Assembly (NCBI GenBank): GCA_045645765.1
Contig: JAZRJK010000014.1
Coordinates: 10,819 to 74,818 of the forward strand
Reading direction: 5' to 3'
Origin: Candidatus Gastranaerophilaceae bacterium
Lineage (GTDB): Bacteria; Cyanobacteriota; Vampirovibrionia; Gastranaerophilales; Gastranaerophilaceae
DNA length: 64,000 bases
In this document: positions 1 to 9,550 of the stretch, in pieces
How the letters are laid out: each line of letters begins with the position of its first letter
How positions within the stretch are numbered: the first letter of the stretch is position 1
The notes under the pieces: generated by a model
Database searches by the model: none
What the model was told of the DNA's origin: nothing
What the model saw: only the letters and a program-made list of their open reading frames with translations
Position numbers and translations under genes: made by a program

Positions 1-25
1 TATATGAGAAAGAAAGGACGTAAAG

Positions 26-202
26 ATGTCATTAAACATTTCAGGTAGTAACGCTTATAGCGTAGGATCTTCAATTAACAATGATGATGAAAGAAAAAAG
101 CCATTAGTTAATCCTGATGCTGGAGCCTTCATTGCAAGTAGTATTTATAATACGCCGGCAGGCTATGAGCCAAATTTAAAATCTAATAGTGTTTGGACTT
201 AA
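26..202 (+). CDS. small 58-aa hypothetical protein (not in ORF track)
   Basis: Manual translation MSLNISGSNAYSVGSSINNDDERKKPLVNPDAGAFIASSIYNTPAGYEPNLKSNSVWT*; SD-like AGAAAGGA at 11-18; followed by hairpin at 232-258. Confidence 0.55.
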   Translation: MSLNISGSNAYSVGSSINNDDERKKPLVNPDAGAFIASSIYNTPAGYEPNLKSNSVWT

Positions 203-231
203 AAAATCCGACAGAATTTTAAACTAAACTA

Positions 232-258
232 AAGGGTAGCTGTTATACAGCTACCCTT
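232..258. terminator. probable bidirectional intrinsic terminator
   Basis: 12-bp perfect stem AAGGGTAGCTGT/ACAGCTACCCTT between convergent genes. Confidence 0.7.
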
Positions 259-292
259 GGTTGTTTATTTAATGTTTGCTATATAAATGTAA

Positions 293-2173
293 TTAAATTC
301 TTTGCCTAAAAGCATTCCCTTTTCTGTCTTGAACAATATTCGGAGTGTCAATTTCAAAAACATATGCATCAGCAGGAGCTAGATCGACCCTTAGTTCATT
401 TTCTGCAACTTGAAACTCACTTTCTTCACCGTAAATAGGAGCAATATTTTTTAGTTTTTGAGATTCTTTTAAGCCTGGAATAATTATTGTTCCGGTCATT
501 CTTTCGTTTGGATTTTTATTCGCAACAACTAAGGCTGTTCTTCCACTATTATGTCTTGCATAAGTTATGATTTGATCTGCAGTATCTCCCAATTTATCAA
601 GAGTAATAAAAATACTATTTTTATCAGCAAATAAATCCTTATTTTCATTTCTCATTTTTAGAGTTTCTGTCATTACCCTCCCAATATCTGGGTAATCTCC
701 TCCAGGTTTTCTTGAATGATTAAAAATATCCATTTTATTAGCGTGATGATCCATTTCATAATATGGAACCTTTACGATATTTTCACCATAATCCTTTGGA
801 GAATATTGATAGTCATGATAACCTTCTCTTTTTTCTATAGGAGATTTCCCTTCTTCAATAGCTTGTTCTAAACTAATCACATTATAGGTTACAGTTTCAT
901 CATCATCTTTATGAGAATATTGATAGTCATAGTAATCTCCTGATTGGAAACCGTCAACAAAGTAAGGGTTACACATCGGAATTGTAGATTGAAGAATTGT
1001 TGTCATTTTACAGAAATTTTCTCCACCATGAAGCATACTTGATACATCATCATGAGTTAAAAAAGAACCGATACATGACCTTCCAACAGGAAGTCTGTGC
1101 GACATATCAAGATTTAGTTTAATATAATCAATGAATTCTTTATTTGTTTTCCATTCATGGAATATATGATACTGTCCATAATACTCATCAAAACCAGACC
1201 TTAATAAATCCTCTGGTCTATCATAAGGCATATTAACCTGAGGAGATGCACATTCATATGTGTATGTCTCTGCTAACCATGCAAACTCAGGATCCTTTTC
1301 TCGAGAATAAGGTATTAATATACTCCAAAATTCCGTAGGTTTAGCTCTAGCTACGTCCGCACGAATACCATCTATACCTAAATCTATACAAGCATCTACA
1401 TATTGTTTATGCATTTCAAGAAGTTTAGGGTTCAAAGTTCGTTTTGTTTCATCTTCCCAAGGCTCAAACATTCTAATATCAGCCCAACCTTGAGGAGTTT
1501 TATCTTCTCCATTTCTGCCAAAAGCCATTAACTCAGGCTCAGCTTCAAACCACGCTATTGAAGCACAACTAGGCAAATCTAGCATCACCTTAATATCACG
1601 TTTATGACACTCATCAATAAAAACCTTAAATTGTTCTGAAGGAGATCGTGGATCATCTTTTTCAATTAAAACTGGATCTATTGCTAAAGCTCCATCAGCT
1701 TCAAGAAATCTTGCAGGTGAATATAAAGAACCTGCTGTTCCCATTGCATTTTTTAACCCCATCGGATGAATTGGCAATACGTGAATAGTATTAATACCTA
1801 AATCTTTAAGCTCATCTAAACGTTCACTCGCGCTTAAAAAAGTCCCAGGCTTTTCTCCTTTTAAAATTGAAATTTTTTCATCACCATTTACATCTTTTGC
1901 GGTAAATGTTCTCGGTATAATAGCCATCATAACGGATTCATTATTTTTTATCATTGTACGTAAATTATTTTTATAATTTACATTTGTGACTTCTTTTTTG
2001 TTTTCAACTTTTTGAACTGTTGACTTATTAACAAGAGATTGATTCTCTAAATATGCTTGAAGCAATTCTTCACTATAATTTTTTGCAGGTAAGGTCTCTG
2101 CTTTAAATATAGGAGAGCTATTATATTTAAAAGTTTTAATAGTATTTAAGGATAAATTATTTATTAAAATCAT
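293..2173 (-). CDS. GH13 alpha-amylase-family glycoside hydrolase with N-terminal extension
   Basis: LDELKDLGINTIHVLPIH; catalytic regions GIDGIRADVAR (Asp), WLAETY (Glu), FLTHDD (His-Asp). Confidence 0.85.
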   Translation of the reverse strand: MILINNLSLNTIKTFKYNSSPIFKAETLPAKNYSEELLQAYLENQSLVNKSTVQKVENKKEVTNVNYKNNLRTMIKNNESVMMAIIPRTFTAKDVNGDEKISILKGEKPGTFLSASERLDELKDLGINTIHVLPIHPMGLKNAMGTAGSLYSPARFLEADGALAIDPVLIEKDDPRSPSEQFKVFIDECHKRDIKVMLDLPSCASIAWFEAEPELMAFGRNGEDKTPQGWADIRMFEPWEDETKRTLNPKLLEMHKQYVDACIDLGIDGIRADVARAKPTEFWSILIPYSREKDPEFAWLAETYTYECASPQVNMPYDRPEDLLRSGFDEYYGQYHIFHEWKTNKEFIDYIKLNLDMSHRLPVGRSCIGSFLTHDDVSSMLHGGENFCKMTTILQSTIPMCNPYFVDGFQSGDYYDYQYSHKDDDETVTYNVISLEQAIEEGKSPIEKREGYHDYQYSPKDYGENIVKVPYYEMDHHANKMDIFNHSRKPGGDYPDIGRVMTETLKMRNENKDLFADKNSIFITLDKLGDTADQIITYARHNSGRTALVVANKNPNERMTGTIIIPGLKESQKLKNIAPIYGEESEFQVAENELRVDLAPADAYVFEIDTPNIVQDRKGNAFRQRI

Positions 2174-4847
2174 TATTCACCTGCTTTTTTAAATTTTGAG
2201 GATTACTTAATTTTCCAAAGAAGAATTGAGCTATTATTGCTACACCAGTAATTGAACCGGCTATAATTCCAACTTTTTTAACCCATCTTTGTGTATCATA
2301 ACGTTTTTTTGCGGCATTTTTTACCATTTCAACAGGGTTTTGCCCAACTAAATTAAATAAAGAGGTTCTTGTCTTAGAATCCATTGTATAGCTTTTCCTA
2401 ACATATGGATTTAAAATATGATTTGGCTTTGTAAAATCCACAGTACTATTAGCAACTATATTCCTAAACCGTGTAATATAATATTGCATTCTATCAAGAA
2501 CATTACCTTTTGCAGAAGTATTATTTTTACTTAAAGCTTGTTTTGTTAACTCATCTAAAAATCCTTTATTTTTAGTCGAAAAATAATCTCCTCCTTCACT
2601 CGCATGTGTAGAATGTATTAAATCTTTATAAAAATTAGGATTATTAACATAATTTAATTTTAAAGTATGTTCTGACGCAGTTGAATAGAGCATCATATCT
2701 TTAGCTTCTTTTATAATAGCATTTATATATTCTGAATTTTTACTGTCAAAAATTTTAAGAAAGGTTTCAGGCTTCTCTGCTCGTTTATAAATATCAAACG
2801 TGTGTATAATTCTGTTTAAAGAATTTTTTGCACCTTGATAACGTTCTATAAATCTTGTAATTTCCATTTTTTTAGATGAACCAACACCTTTCGTATTATT
2901 ACGTAAATACTCTAATCGTGCTTCTTCTGATAAATTATTCCATTCTCCAAACGTTTTATATTGAGATTCTATTATTCCGTCGATAAAGTCAAAGAGTTGT
3001 TCTCTAGTTAAAAATTCTGTACTTAAAGTTTTAACATCTTCCTTAACAAGACGGTTAACAGTTTCTTTAAAATTCCCTAATTTAGAAATACGTTTAGCAG
3101 TGTTATTATAATTATTTTCAGTAGCGTTAATAAAATCTAATAGCCTAGATTTGTTTTCAACCTTGCCATTTAATTTAACTTCTAATTCTGATATAACATC
3201 GCCAAGTTTTTCTATTGCTTTTTTGTATCGAGATTCATCCTTACAAAGTTCAGCGATTTTTTTATCTAATAATTCTTTTGCGTAAGCCTCTGATTCACTA
3301 ACTTTTCTTAAATCTTTGCTCTTAATGCCTAAAACATCTAATAATGTTTTTTCAAATTTACCATAAGAATTAGCTAAAACTGTTCCATTTTCATCTTCTA
3401 TAAGGGTATGTCCTACTTTTTTTAAGGAAACTTGGTTTTCTTTGAATTCTCCAAGAATTTTTGCAAAATCAACAATTTGTTTAAAGCTTTCTTCTGATAC
3501 GAAAGCGGATTTTTCAGATTTTAAATGTTTTGATAAATTATTAAGAATTTCATTCTTTTTAGAATTTAAAAATTCTTTAGGTATTCCATTTGAATTTTGG
3601 ATTTTAGTATTTAATAATTCTTGTAAATCTTTTCTAATTAGTGCAATTTCTTCAGCCTTTAGCACAGCTCCATTTTCTAGTTTTGCATTTGTAGGCATAT
3701 ATTTGTTTAAAATTGAATTAAATTCTTCTTTACTTGGGACCAAAATTGAACTTATCTCATTTTTATTTCTAGCAGATATTGAGTCTTCTGATAATTTTAT
3801 AAAATTTTCTACAAAATCTTCTTGAATTAAAAATCCTTCCTGACCATTTGTTGCAGATGTTCTTAATAATTTAGTTATATCAGTTTTAATCCCTTCGGAT
3901 GTATTTACAAATAGGCCTTCATTTAATAATGTTAATAAATTTTCTATTTCTTGTTTCGGAAGCTCTTGACCTTTATATGGAGCTAAAAGAGCTTCAACTC
4001 TTTTGCTCAATTGATTTGGCTTAATTGAATTTGAATCTATAGAATTCGCCATATTAATTGTTTTTTGTAACATTTTAGAAATGTTTGTATTAGCATTAGC
4101 TAACTTAGATTTTTCAACTAAAGGTTCTGCTATATAATTTTCTATTCCATAGCATAATAGTCCTGCCAACGCAGGTGTAACGCAAGCAGTAAGCATCCAA
4201 AGAGTATTGTTTTGAGTAGCAATCTTACGCATTTGTTCCTTTATCACATCATTCCTATTAACAATATCTCTAGGTATGCCCATTCTATCACCAATTACAG
4301 AAATATCTTCTTCTGGAACAGAAGCTAAATACATGTCGTAGGGGACATAATTCGGATTTTGCATTACAGACTTTTTACGACCTTGATCATCAATGTATTC
4401 TTTATCAATATCATATCCATGAACTATTTTTGCAGGTGTGTTAATAGCTAATTTAGGATAAAGTGACATTGCAGTTAAGAACGCTCCTAAACCTACGTAT
4501 TCCATTAATCTTGTTTTTGGATTATTTGTTTTTGATGCTAAATATGTTGCGATAAGAACCCCTGCTGCAACCATCCCTACATTATTAAGTCTACCTAATT
4601 GATGATCATTTGCCGTACCATTAAAACCTGCTTTTACAGAATCTAATGCATATCCAATATCTTTAAAATAATATTTAATACTATTATTCAGTGTATCATT
4701 AACAAGATGACCTTCTGGTGGAGCCGGATGAATTTTATTTTCTGTATTAATAATTTCATTTGCATCTAAGTATGACTTATATCCTTCTTTTTTAAAAGAA
4801 GGATTCTTATAAGTATTTAAATTATATTGAATTGATTTTATTGCCAT
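2157..4847 (-). CDS. 896-aa hypothetical membrane protein
   Basis: Long ORF; hydrophobic segments near the N-terminus (VGMVAAGVLIATYLA, YVGLGAFLTAMSLY, LWMLTACVTPALAGLLCY) and at the C-terminus; large helical middle. Confidence 0.8.
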   Translation of the reverse strand: MAIKSIQYNLNTYKNPSFKKEGYKSYLDANEIINTENKIHPAPPEGHLVNDTLNNSIKYYFKDIGYALDSVKAGFNGTANDHQLGRLNNVGMVAAGVLIATYLASKTNNPKTRLMEYVGLGAFLTAMSLYPKLAINTPAKIVHGYDIDKEYIDDQGRKKSVMQNPNYVPYDMYLASVPEEDISVIGDRMGIPRDIVNRNDVIKEQMRKIATQNNTLWMLTACVTPALAGLLCYGIENYIAEPLVEKSKLANANTNISKMLQKTINMANSIDSNSIKPNQLSKRVEALLAPYKGQELPKQEIENLLTLLNEGLFVNTSEGIKTDITKLLRTSATNGQEGFLIQEDFVENFIKLSEDSISARNKNEISSILVPSKEEFNSILNKYMPTNAKLENGAVLKAEEIALIRKDLQELLNTKIQNSNGIPKEFLNSKKNEILNNLSKHLKSEKSAFVSEESFKQIVDFAKILGEFKENQVSLKKVGHTLIEDENGTVLANSYGKFEKTLLDVLGIKSKDLRKVSESEAYAKELLDKKIAELCKDESRYKKAIEKLGDVISELEVKLNGKVENKSRLLDFINATENNYNNTAKRISKLGNFKETVNRLVKEDVKTLSTEFLTREQLFDFIDGIIESQYKTFGEWNNLSEEARLEYLRNNTKGVGSSKKMEITRFIERYQGAKNSLNRIIHTFDIYKRAEKPETFLKIFDSKNSEYINAIIKEAKDMMLYSTASEHTLKLNYVNNPNFYKDLIHSTHASEGGDYFSTKNKGFLDELTKQALSKNNTSAKGNVLDRMQYYITRFRNIVANSTVDFTKPNHILNPYVRKSYTMDSKTRTSLFNLVGQNPVEMVKNAAKKRYDTQRWVKKVGIIAGSITGVAIIAQFFFGKLSNPQNLKKQVNNDFNK

Positions 4848-4849
4848 AC

Positions 4850-5878
4850 TTAAATTACCGTACTTTCTTTATTTATATCAATAGTTTTTAGATTTCTATT
4901 TTTAGCCATCTTATGAGCTTTTATAATAGTGTTAGCAGTTAATGCTAATGTTGTTAATGCTGATAAAGAAATAAGTGCTTTGCCAGAATGTTTTCTAAAC
5001 TTATTGTGTGCAGGATTTCCATTCCATAATTGTTTCCAAGAATAAAAGAATGATTTACAAAATTCTTTACTCAGAGTTAACGTATTTTCACCAAAATTTT
5101 TCATTTTAGAACCAAATTTATTTAAAGCTCCTTGCTTACCTCTAGCTACAAAACGTTTTCTATTCTTGATAGAATCAAAGAAATCTAGCCAAACATCCTG
5201 TACTGCTAATCCTACACCGACTGCAGCCCAGCAACCTGATGAAATGGATTTAGCAGTATTTGTTGTCGCAACCACATTTTGTATAATTGGAGTTGTTGCT
5301 GATTCTGAGTCTTTTAGATTTTCATCCATGCCTAATCTTAATGCAATACGATCAAAATGTTCTTTTTCTAGTAAATCTTTTCTAAAAAATTCAACACTAT
5401 CAAAAACTTTTCTTTGCTGGAATCTAACATCAACAACAGCTTGGTCACCAGCATATTTAGGTAAATTGCTCACTTTATTTTGATAAGGCATTTCTGTATC
5501 AACACCAGTAAAAGCTTTGACAGGTATCGTTACTAAATCTTTTGATAAAGTTTTAAAGGCTGCACACAAAAGAACTCCCAAAGAAAGCTTTTTCCCTGTT
5601 TTATTTAAAAGCCCAAAAACAGCCATAAATATTGCACTACCTAGTATATAAGGAACTATACCCATTGTTAAAAATTCGTAGAAATTGGCGTTTACATCTC
5701 CCTTTAAACCTTTCGCTGGGTAGTCAATAAATGCTGACATTGTTTTTTGTGTAGCTTGTCTTATCCTCGTTGCTGGGGTGCTAGGTAAAAGGCGTGTCTC
5801 GTCCTTCTTTTTATCATCTTTTGAAGAATTTTCTTTAAAATTTATTTGATTTTGTATCGGCGCCAACACTTTAATCAT
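4850..5878 (-). CDS. 342-aa hypothetical membrane protein, first gene of a 3-gene operon
   Basis: Several hydrophobic helices; 2-bp gap to the next ORF; divergent similarity to the N-terminal part of the 896-aa protein. Confidence 0.8.
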   Translation of the reverse strand: MIKVLAPIQNQINFKENSSKDDKKKDETRLLPSTPATRIRQATQKTMSAFIDYPAKGLKGDVNANFYEFLTMGIVPYILGSAIFMAVFGLLNKTGKKLSLGVLLCAAFKTLSKDLVTIPVKAFTGVDTEMPYQNKVSNLPKYAGDQAVVDVRFQQRKVFDSVEFFRKDLLEKEHFDRIALRLGMDENLKDSESATTPIIQNVVATTNTAKSISSGCWAAVGVGLAVQDVWLDFFDSIKNRKRFVARGKQGALNKFGSKMKNFGENTLTLSKEFCKSFFYSWKQLWNGNPAHNKFRKHSGKALISLSALTTLALTANTIIKAHKMAKNRNLKTIDINKESTVI

Positions 5879-5927
5879 AACAACCCCAAATGGTAACTAT
5901 TTATAATAAGTAGTGTAAAATATTTTT

Positions 5928-5956
5928 TTGCTAGCAATTAAGCATGCATTTACATT
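5928..5956 (+). promoter_or_regulatory. candidate sigma70 promoter towards dprA
   Basis: TTGCTA-N17-TACATT. Confidence 0.35.
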
Positions 5957-6106
5957 TTTTTACAATGTAGTAACGTTGATTTTTCTGTACCAATTAAAAA
6001 TCAAAAATACATCCCACACACTAGATATTGTAGCAAAAAAATATATATTTTGCATGTTATAACTACATTTTTTTATTTAATTAATCTTTATGTTAGAATC
6101 ATTGAC

Positions 6107-7198
6107 ATGAAAACAAAATTTTGGACAGCTTTTGCATCAATTGAACAACTAGATTCAACTTTTATTCAAAGACTATACAATTACTTTGGAGATATTGAAG
6201 CAGCTTGGAATGCAACTATTTCTGATTTAAAACAGATTGAAGGTTTAAGTGTTAGAAAAACCGAAAATTATTTAGAAAAGAAAAAGGGGGTAAATCCCGA
6301 GCAAACTCTTGATTTTGTCAAAAAAAAAGGAATTAAGGTTTTAACTTACGACAATGATAAATATCCTTTCATGCTACGCCAGATTTCGAATCCACCTATG
6401 ATTTTGTTTTATAAAGGCGATTTATTTTCTTGCAATCTAGATAGAACTCTTGCTTTTGTGGGTTCTAGACGTGCAAGCTTTGCGGGCAAAGAGGGGGTAA
6501 ATAGTATAATCACAGATTTGCGTGGGACTGATTTAACAATTGTTTCAGGTCTAGCGGCCGGTATTGATGCAGTATCACATGAAGCAGCAATAAGAAATAA
6601 TTTAAAAACAATAGGTGTCATTGCAAGTGGATTTGATTTTATCTATCCAAGTTCTAGCAAATATCTTTATGAAAAAATGGAAAATGGTTTTGGTGCTGTT
6701 GTAACAGAATACTATCCAACGTTTGAGCCTATAAAATTCCGTTTTCCACAGAGAAATAGAATCGTAACAGGATTATCTTATGGTACAGTTGTTGGTGAAG
6801 CTGCGATGAAAAGTGGTGCATTAATAAGTGCAAATTTAACTCTTGAACAAGGTCGGGAGTTGATGTGCATCCCAGGAGCTATTAATAATAGCAATACAGA
6901 AGGTATTTATAAGTTGTTAAAAGATGGTGCAACATTGGTTACAAAAGGTGAAGACATTTTAAACGCTTTAAATTGGACAATAGAACGTATGCCCGTTTTA
7001 TTAAAAGCACCACAAAATCTAGATGAAATAACTCAGTTTATTTTTGATATAATAGGAATTGAGCCGAAGGGGTTTGACGAAATTCAAATTTATACAGGTT
7101 TATCAACCGATGAACTTTTAATCCGTTTGACAGAAATGGAACTTAGTGGTTTGATAGAACAAGTCGAAGGTGATAGATATATTAGAACAAGGGGGTAG
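6107..7198 (+). CDS. dprA: DNA-processing protein DprA
   Basis: AFVGSRRAS, IVSGLAAGIDAVSH, FPQRNRIVTGLS, SGALISA motifs; C-terminal winged helix; upstream of topA; start moved to ATG at 6107. Confidence 0.93.
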   Translation: MKTKFWTAFASIEQLDSTFIQRLYNYFGDIEAAWNATISDLKQIEGLSVRKTENYLEKKKGVNPEQTLDFVKKKGIKVLTYDNDKYPFMLRQISNPPMILFYKGDLFSCNLDRTLAFVGSRRASFAGKEGVNSIITDLRGTDLTIVSGLAAGIDAVSHEAAIRNNLKTIGVIASGFDFIYPSSSKYLYEKMENGFGAVVTEYYPTFEPIKFRFPQRNRIVTGLSYGTVVGEAAMKSGALISANLTLEQGRELMCIPGAINNSNTEGIYKLLKDGATLVTKGEDILNALNWTIERMPVLLKAPQNLDEITQFIFDIIGIEPKGFDEIQIYTGLSTDELLIRLTEMELSGLIEQVEGDRYIRTRG

Positions 7199-7223
7199 GG
7201 ATTAGCCCTATAGAGAGGAAAGA

Positions 7224-9542
7224 ATGGCTGAGGCGTTTGCAGAAGAGAAAAAGACAAAATCTAAGAAAGAGAAGGCTCTAGTAATAGTCGAGTCTCCTGC
7301 TAAATCTAAAACTATCAAAAAAATTCTTGGCGATAGTTATACAATTGAAGCTAGTTTTGGCCATGTTAGGAATTTACCTCTAAAAGACCCTAAGACTGAT
7401 AACTTGGGCTTTGATGTTAATAATAATTTTGAACCGAAATTTGAAATAATTGATGGTAAGCAAAAAGTTGTAACTAAATTAAATGAGCTTGCTAAAAGAA
7501 GTGATAAAATTTATCTTGCATCTGACCCTGACCGCGAAGGAGAGGCTATTGCTTGGCACGTTAGGCAAATTCTAAAAGTGCCGGATGAAAAGATTTATAG
7601 AATCGTATTTAACGAAATTACACCAAAAGCTGTTAAACATTCTGTTGAAAATCCTCGTGCTATCGATATGGACATGGTACAAGCCCAACAGACAAGACAA
7701 ATTTTAGATAAGCTTGTGGGTTTTAAATTAAGTCCAGTACTTTGGAAACAAATTGGAAACAGAAATCTTTCTGCTGGGCGCGTTCAATCAGTTGCACTTC
7801 GCATGATTTGTGAAAGAGAAGAAGAAATTGAGGCTTTTGTTCCAAAAGAATATTGGTCAATCCATGCCTTGATGGATAAAGATGGAAAAACTTTTGAAGC
7901 AGAAGTTACAAAACACAAAGGTAAAAAGTTTGATATAAATAACGAAGCAGAAGCAATTGCTATTAAAGAGTATTTATTAAATCCTTCAACAGAATTTAAA
8001 GTAGAAAAAGTTACTAAAAAGGAAACTAAACGCAAACCAACAGCTCCGTTTATTACTTCAACTCTCCAACGTGCTGCGAGTACAAAATTAGGTTTTGGGG
8101 TTTCAAAGACCATGCAAGTTGCACAAAAACTCTATGAAGGTATGGAAATTGATGGAACTCCAGTCGGTTTGATTACTTATATGAGAACAGACTCTGTTCG
8201 TGTTTCTGACGATGCTCAAGAAATGGCTAAAGACTTTATCCTTAATAATTATGGTAAAGAATATTATCCAGCCTCGCCTAATTCTTATGTCAAAGGTAAG
8301 CAAAATGTTCAAGACGCACACGAAGCTATTAGGCCTTCATATCCTGATAAAACGCCAGAAAGTATCAAACAATACTTAGATGCAGACCAATATAAATTAT
8401 ATAAACTTATTTGGGATAAATTTATGTCTTCTCAAATGGCTCCTGCAACTGTTGCTAATAAAACAGTTGAGATTGGTGCTGGTGATTATACGCTAAGAGC
8501 TGGTACAAGCAAGATTCTTTTTGACGGTTTCTTAAAACTATATAATGACGCTGAAGAAGATGAAAAAGATGCTGATGCAAAGATTCCTGATTTAAATGAT
8601 GGCGATAAAGTTACTTGCAAAGAAATTAATCCTAAGCAACATTTTACTCAACCACCTCCAAGATATAATGAAGCCTCTTTGGTTAAAGCTTTAGAAGAAC
8701 ATGGGATCGGTCGACCATCAACTTATGCAACAATCATTACTGTTATCCAGACTCGTAAGTATGTTGAAAAACGAGACAAGGCGCTACATCCAACACTCTT
8801 AGGTAGAACTGTTTGTAAACAATTGGTGTCTCAATTTGCAGATATTATGGATTATAAATTTACTGCCGGCATGGAAGAAAAATTGGACTTGATTGCAGAA
8901 CAAAAACTAGTTTGGAATATTGTTTTAAAAGAATTTTATACTCCGTTTATGGAAGTTGTCAATTCTGTTATGCAAACAGCGCAAAAAGTTGTTATTGAAA
9001 GCGATAAACTTTGTCCAAATTGTGGCAAAAAAATGCTGGTAAGAACAAGTCGTACAGGAAATCAATTTTTAGGTTGTTCTGGCTATCCTGAATGTAAAAC
9101 TGCTATTTCTATTAATGATTCTTTACAATTAGATTCTGAAAATGAAGCTAATGCAATAGCACAAACTGTAGATGAAAAGTGTGATAAATGTGGTTCTTCA
9201 ATGGTTTTAAAAACTGGACCTTATGGTAAATATATTGAGTGCGTTGAATGTAAAGAACGCAAAAAATATATACGCTCAACAGGAGTAAGGTGTCCTAAAT
9301 GCGGCGAGGGTGAAATTATAGAAAAGAAATCAAAATCTGGTAAAATTTTCTTTGGCTGTAATAAATATCCGGATTGTTCTTATGCACTTTGGGATGAACC
9401 AACTGGTAATACTTGTCCAGAATGTGAAGGATTATTGTTAAAAAAGATTACTAAGAATGGCGAATTTGAAGTGTGTTCAAATAGAACTTGCAATTATAAA
9501 AAACAAATTGAAACTCTTACAGATGATAAAGAATATTCTTAA
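7224..9542 (+). CDS. topA: DNA topoisomerase I
   Basis: LVIVESPAK, ASDPDREGEAIAWH, SAGRVQS, LITYMRTDS (catalytic Tyr), C-terminal zinc ribbons. Confidence 0.97.
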   Translation: MAEAFAEEKKTKSKKEKALVIVESPAKSKTIKKILGDSYTIEASFGHVRNLPLKDPKTDNLGFDVNNNFEPKFEIIDGKQKVVTKLNELAKRSDKIYLASDPDREGEAIAWHVRQILKVPDEKIYRIVFNEITPKAVKHSVENPRAIDMDMVQAQQTRQILDKLVGFKLSPVLWKQIGNRNLSAGRVQSVALRMICEREEEIEAFVPKEYWSIHALMDKDGKTFEAEVTKHKGKKFDINNEAEAIAIKEYLLNPSTEFKVEKVTKKETKRKPTAPFITSTLQRAASTKLGFGVSKTMQVAQKLYEGMEIDGTPVGLITYMRTDSVRVSDDAQEMAKDFILNNYGKEYYPASPNSYVKGKQNVQDAHEAIRPSYPDKTPESIKQYLDADQYKLYKLIWDKFMSSQMAPATVANKTVEIGAGDYTLRAGTSKILFDGFLKLYNDAEEDEKDADAKIPDLNDGDKVTCKEINPKQHFTQPPPRYNEASLVKALEEHGIGRPSTYATIITVIQTRKYVEKRDKALHPTLLGRTVCKQLVSQFADIMDYKFTAGMEEKLDLIAEQKLVWNIVLKEFYTPFMEVVNSVMQTAQKVVIESDKLCPNCGKKMLVRTSRTGNQFLGCSGYPECKTAISINDSLQLDSENEANAIAQTVDEKCDKCGSSMVLKTGPYGKYIECVECKERKKYIRSTGVRCPKCGEGEIIEKKSKSGKIFFGCNKYPDCSYALWDEPTGNTCPECEGLLLKKITKNGEFEVCSNRTCNYKKQIETLTDDKEYS

Positions 9543-9550
9543 TCTATTAA

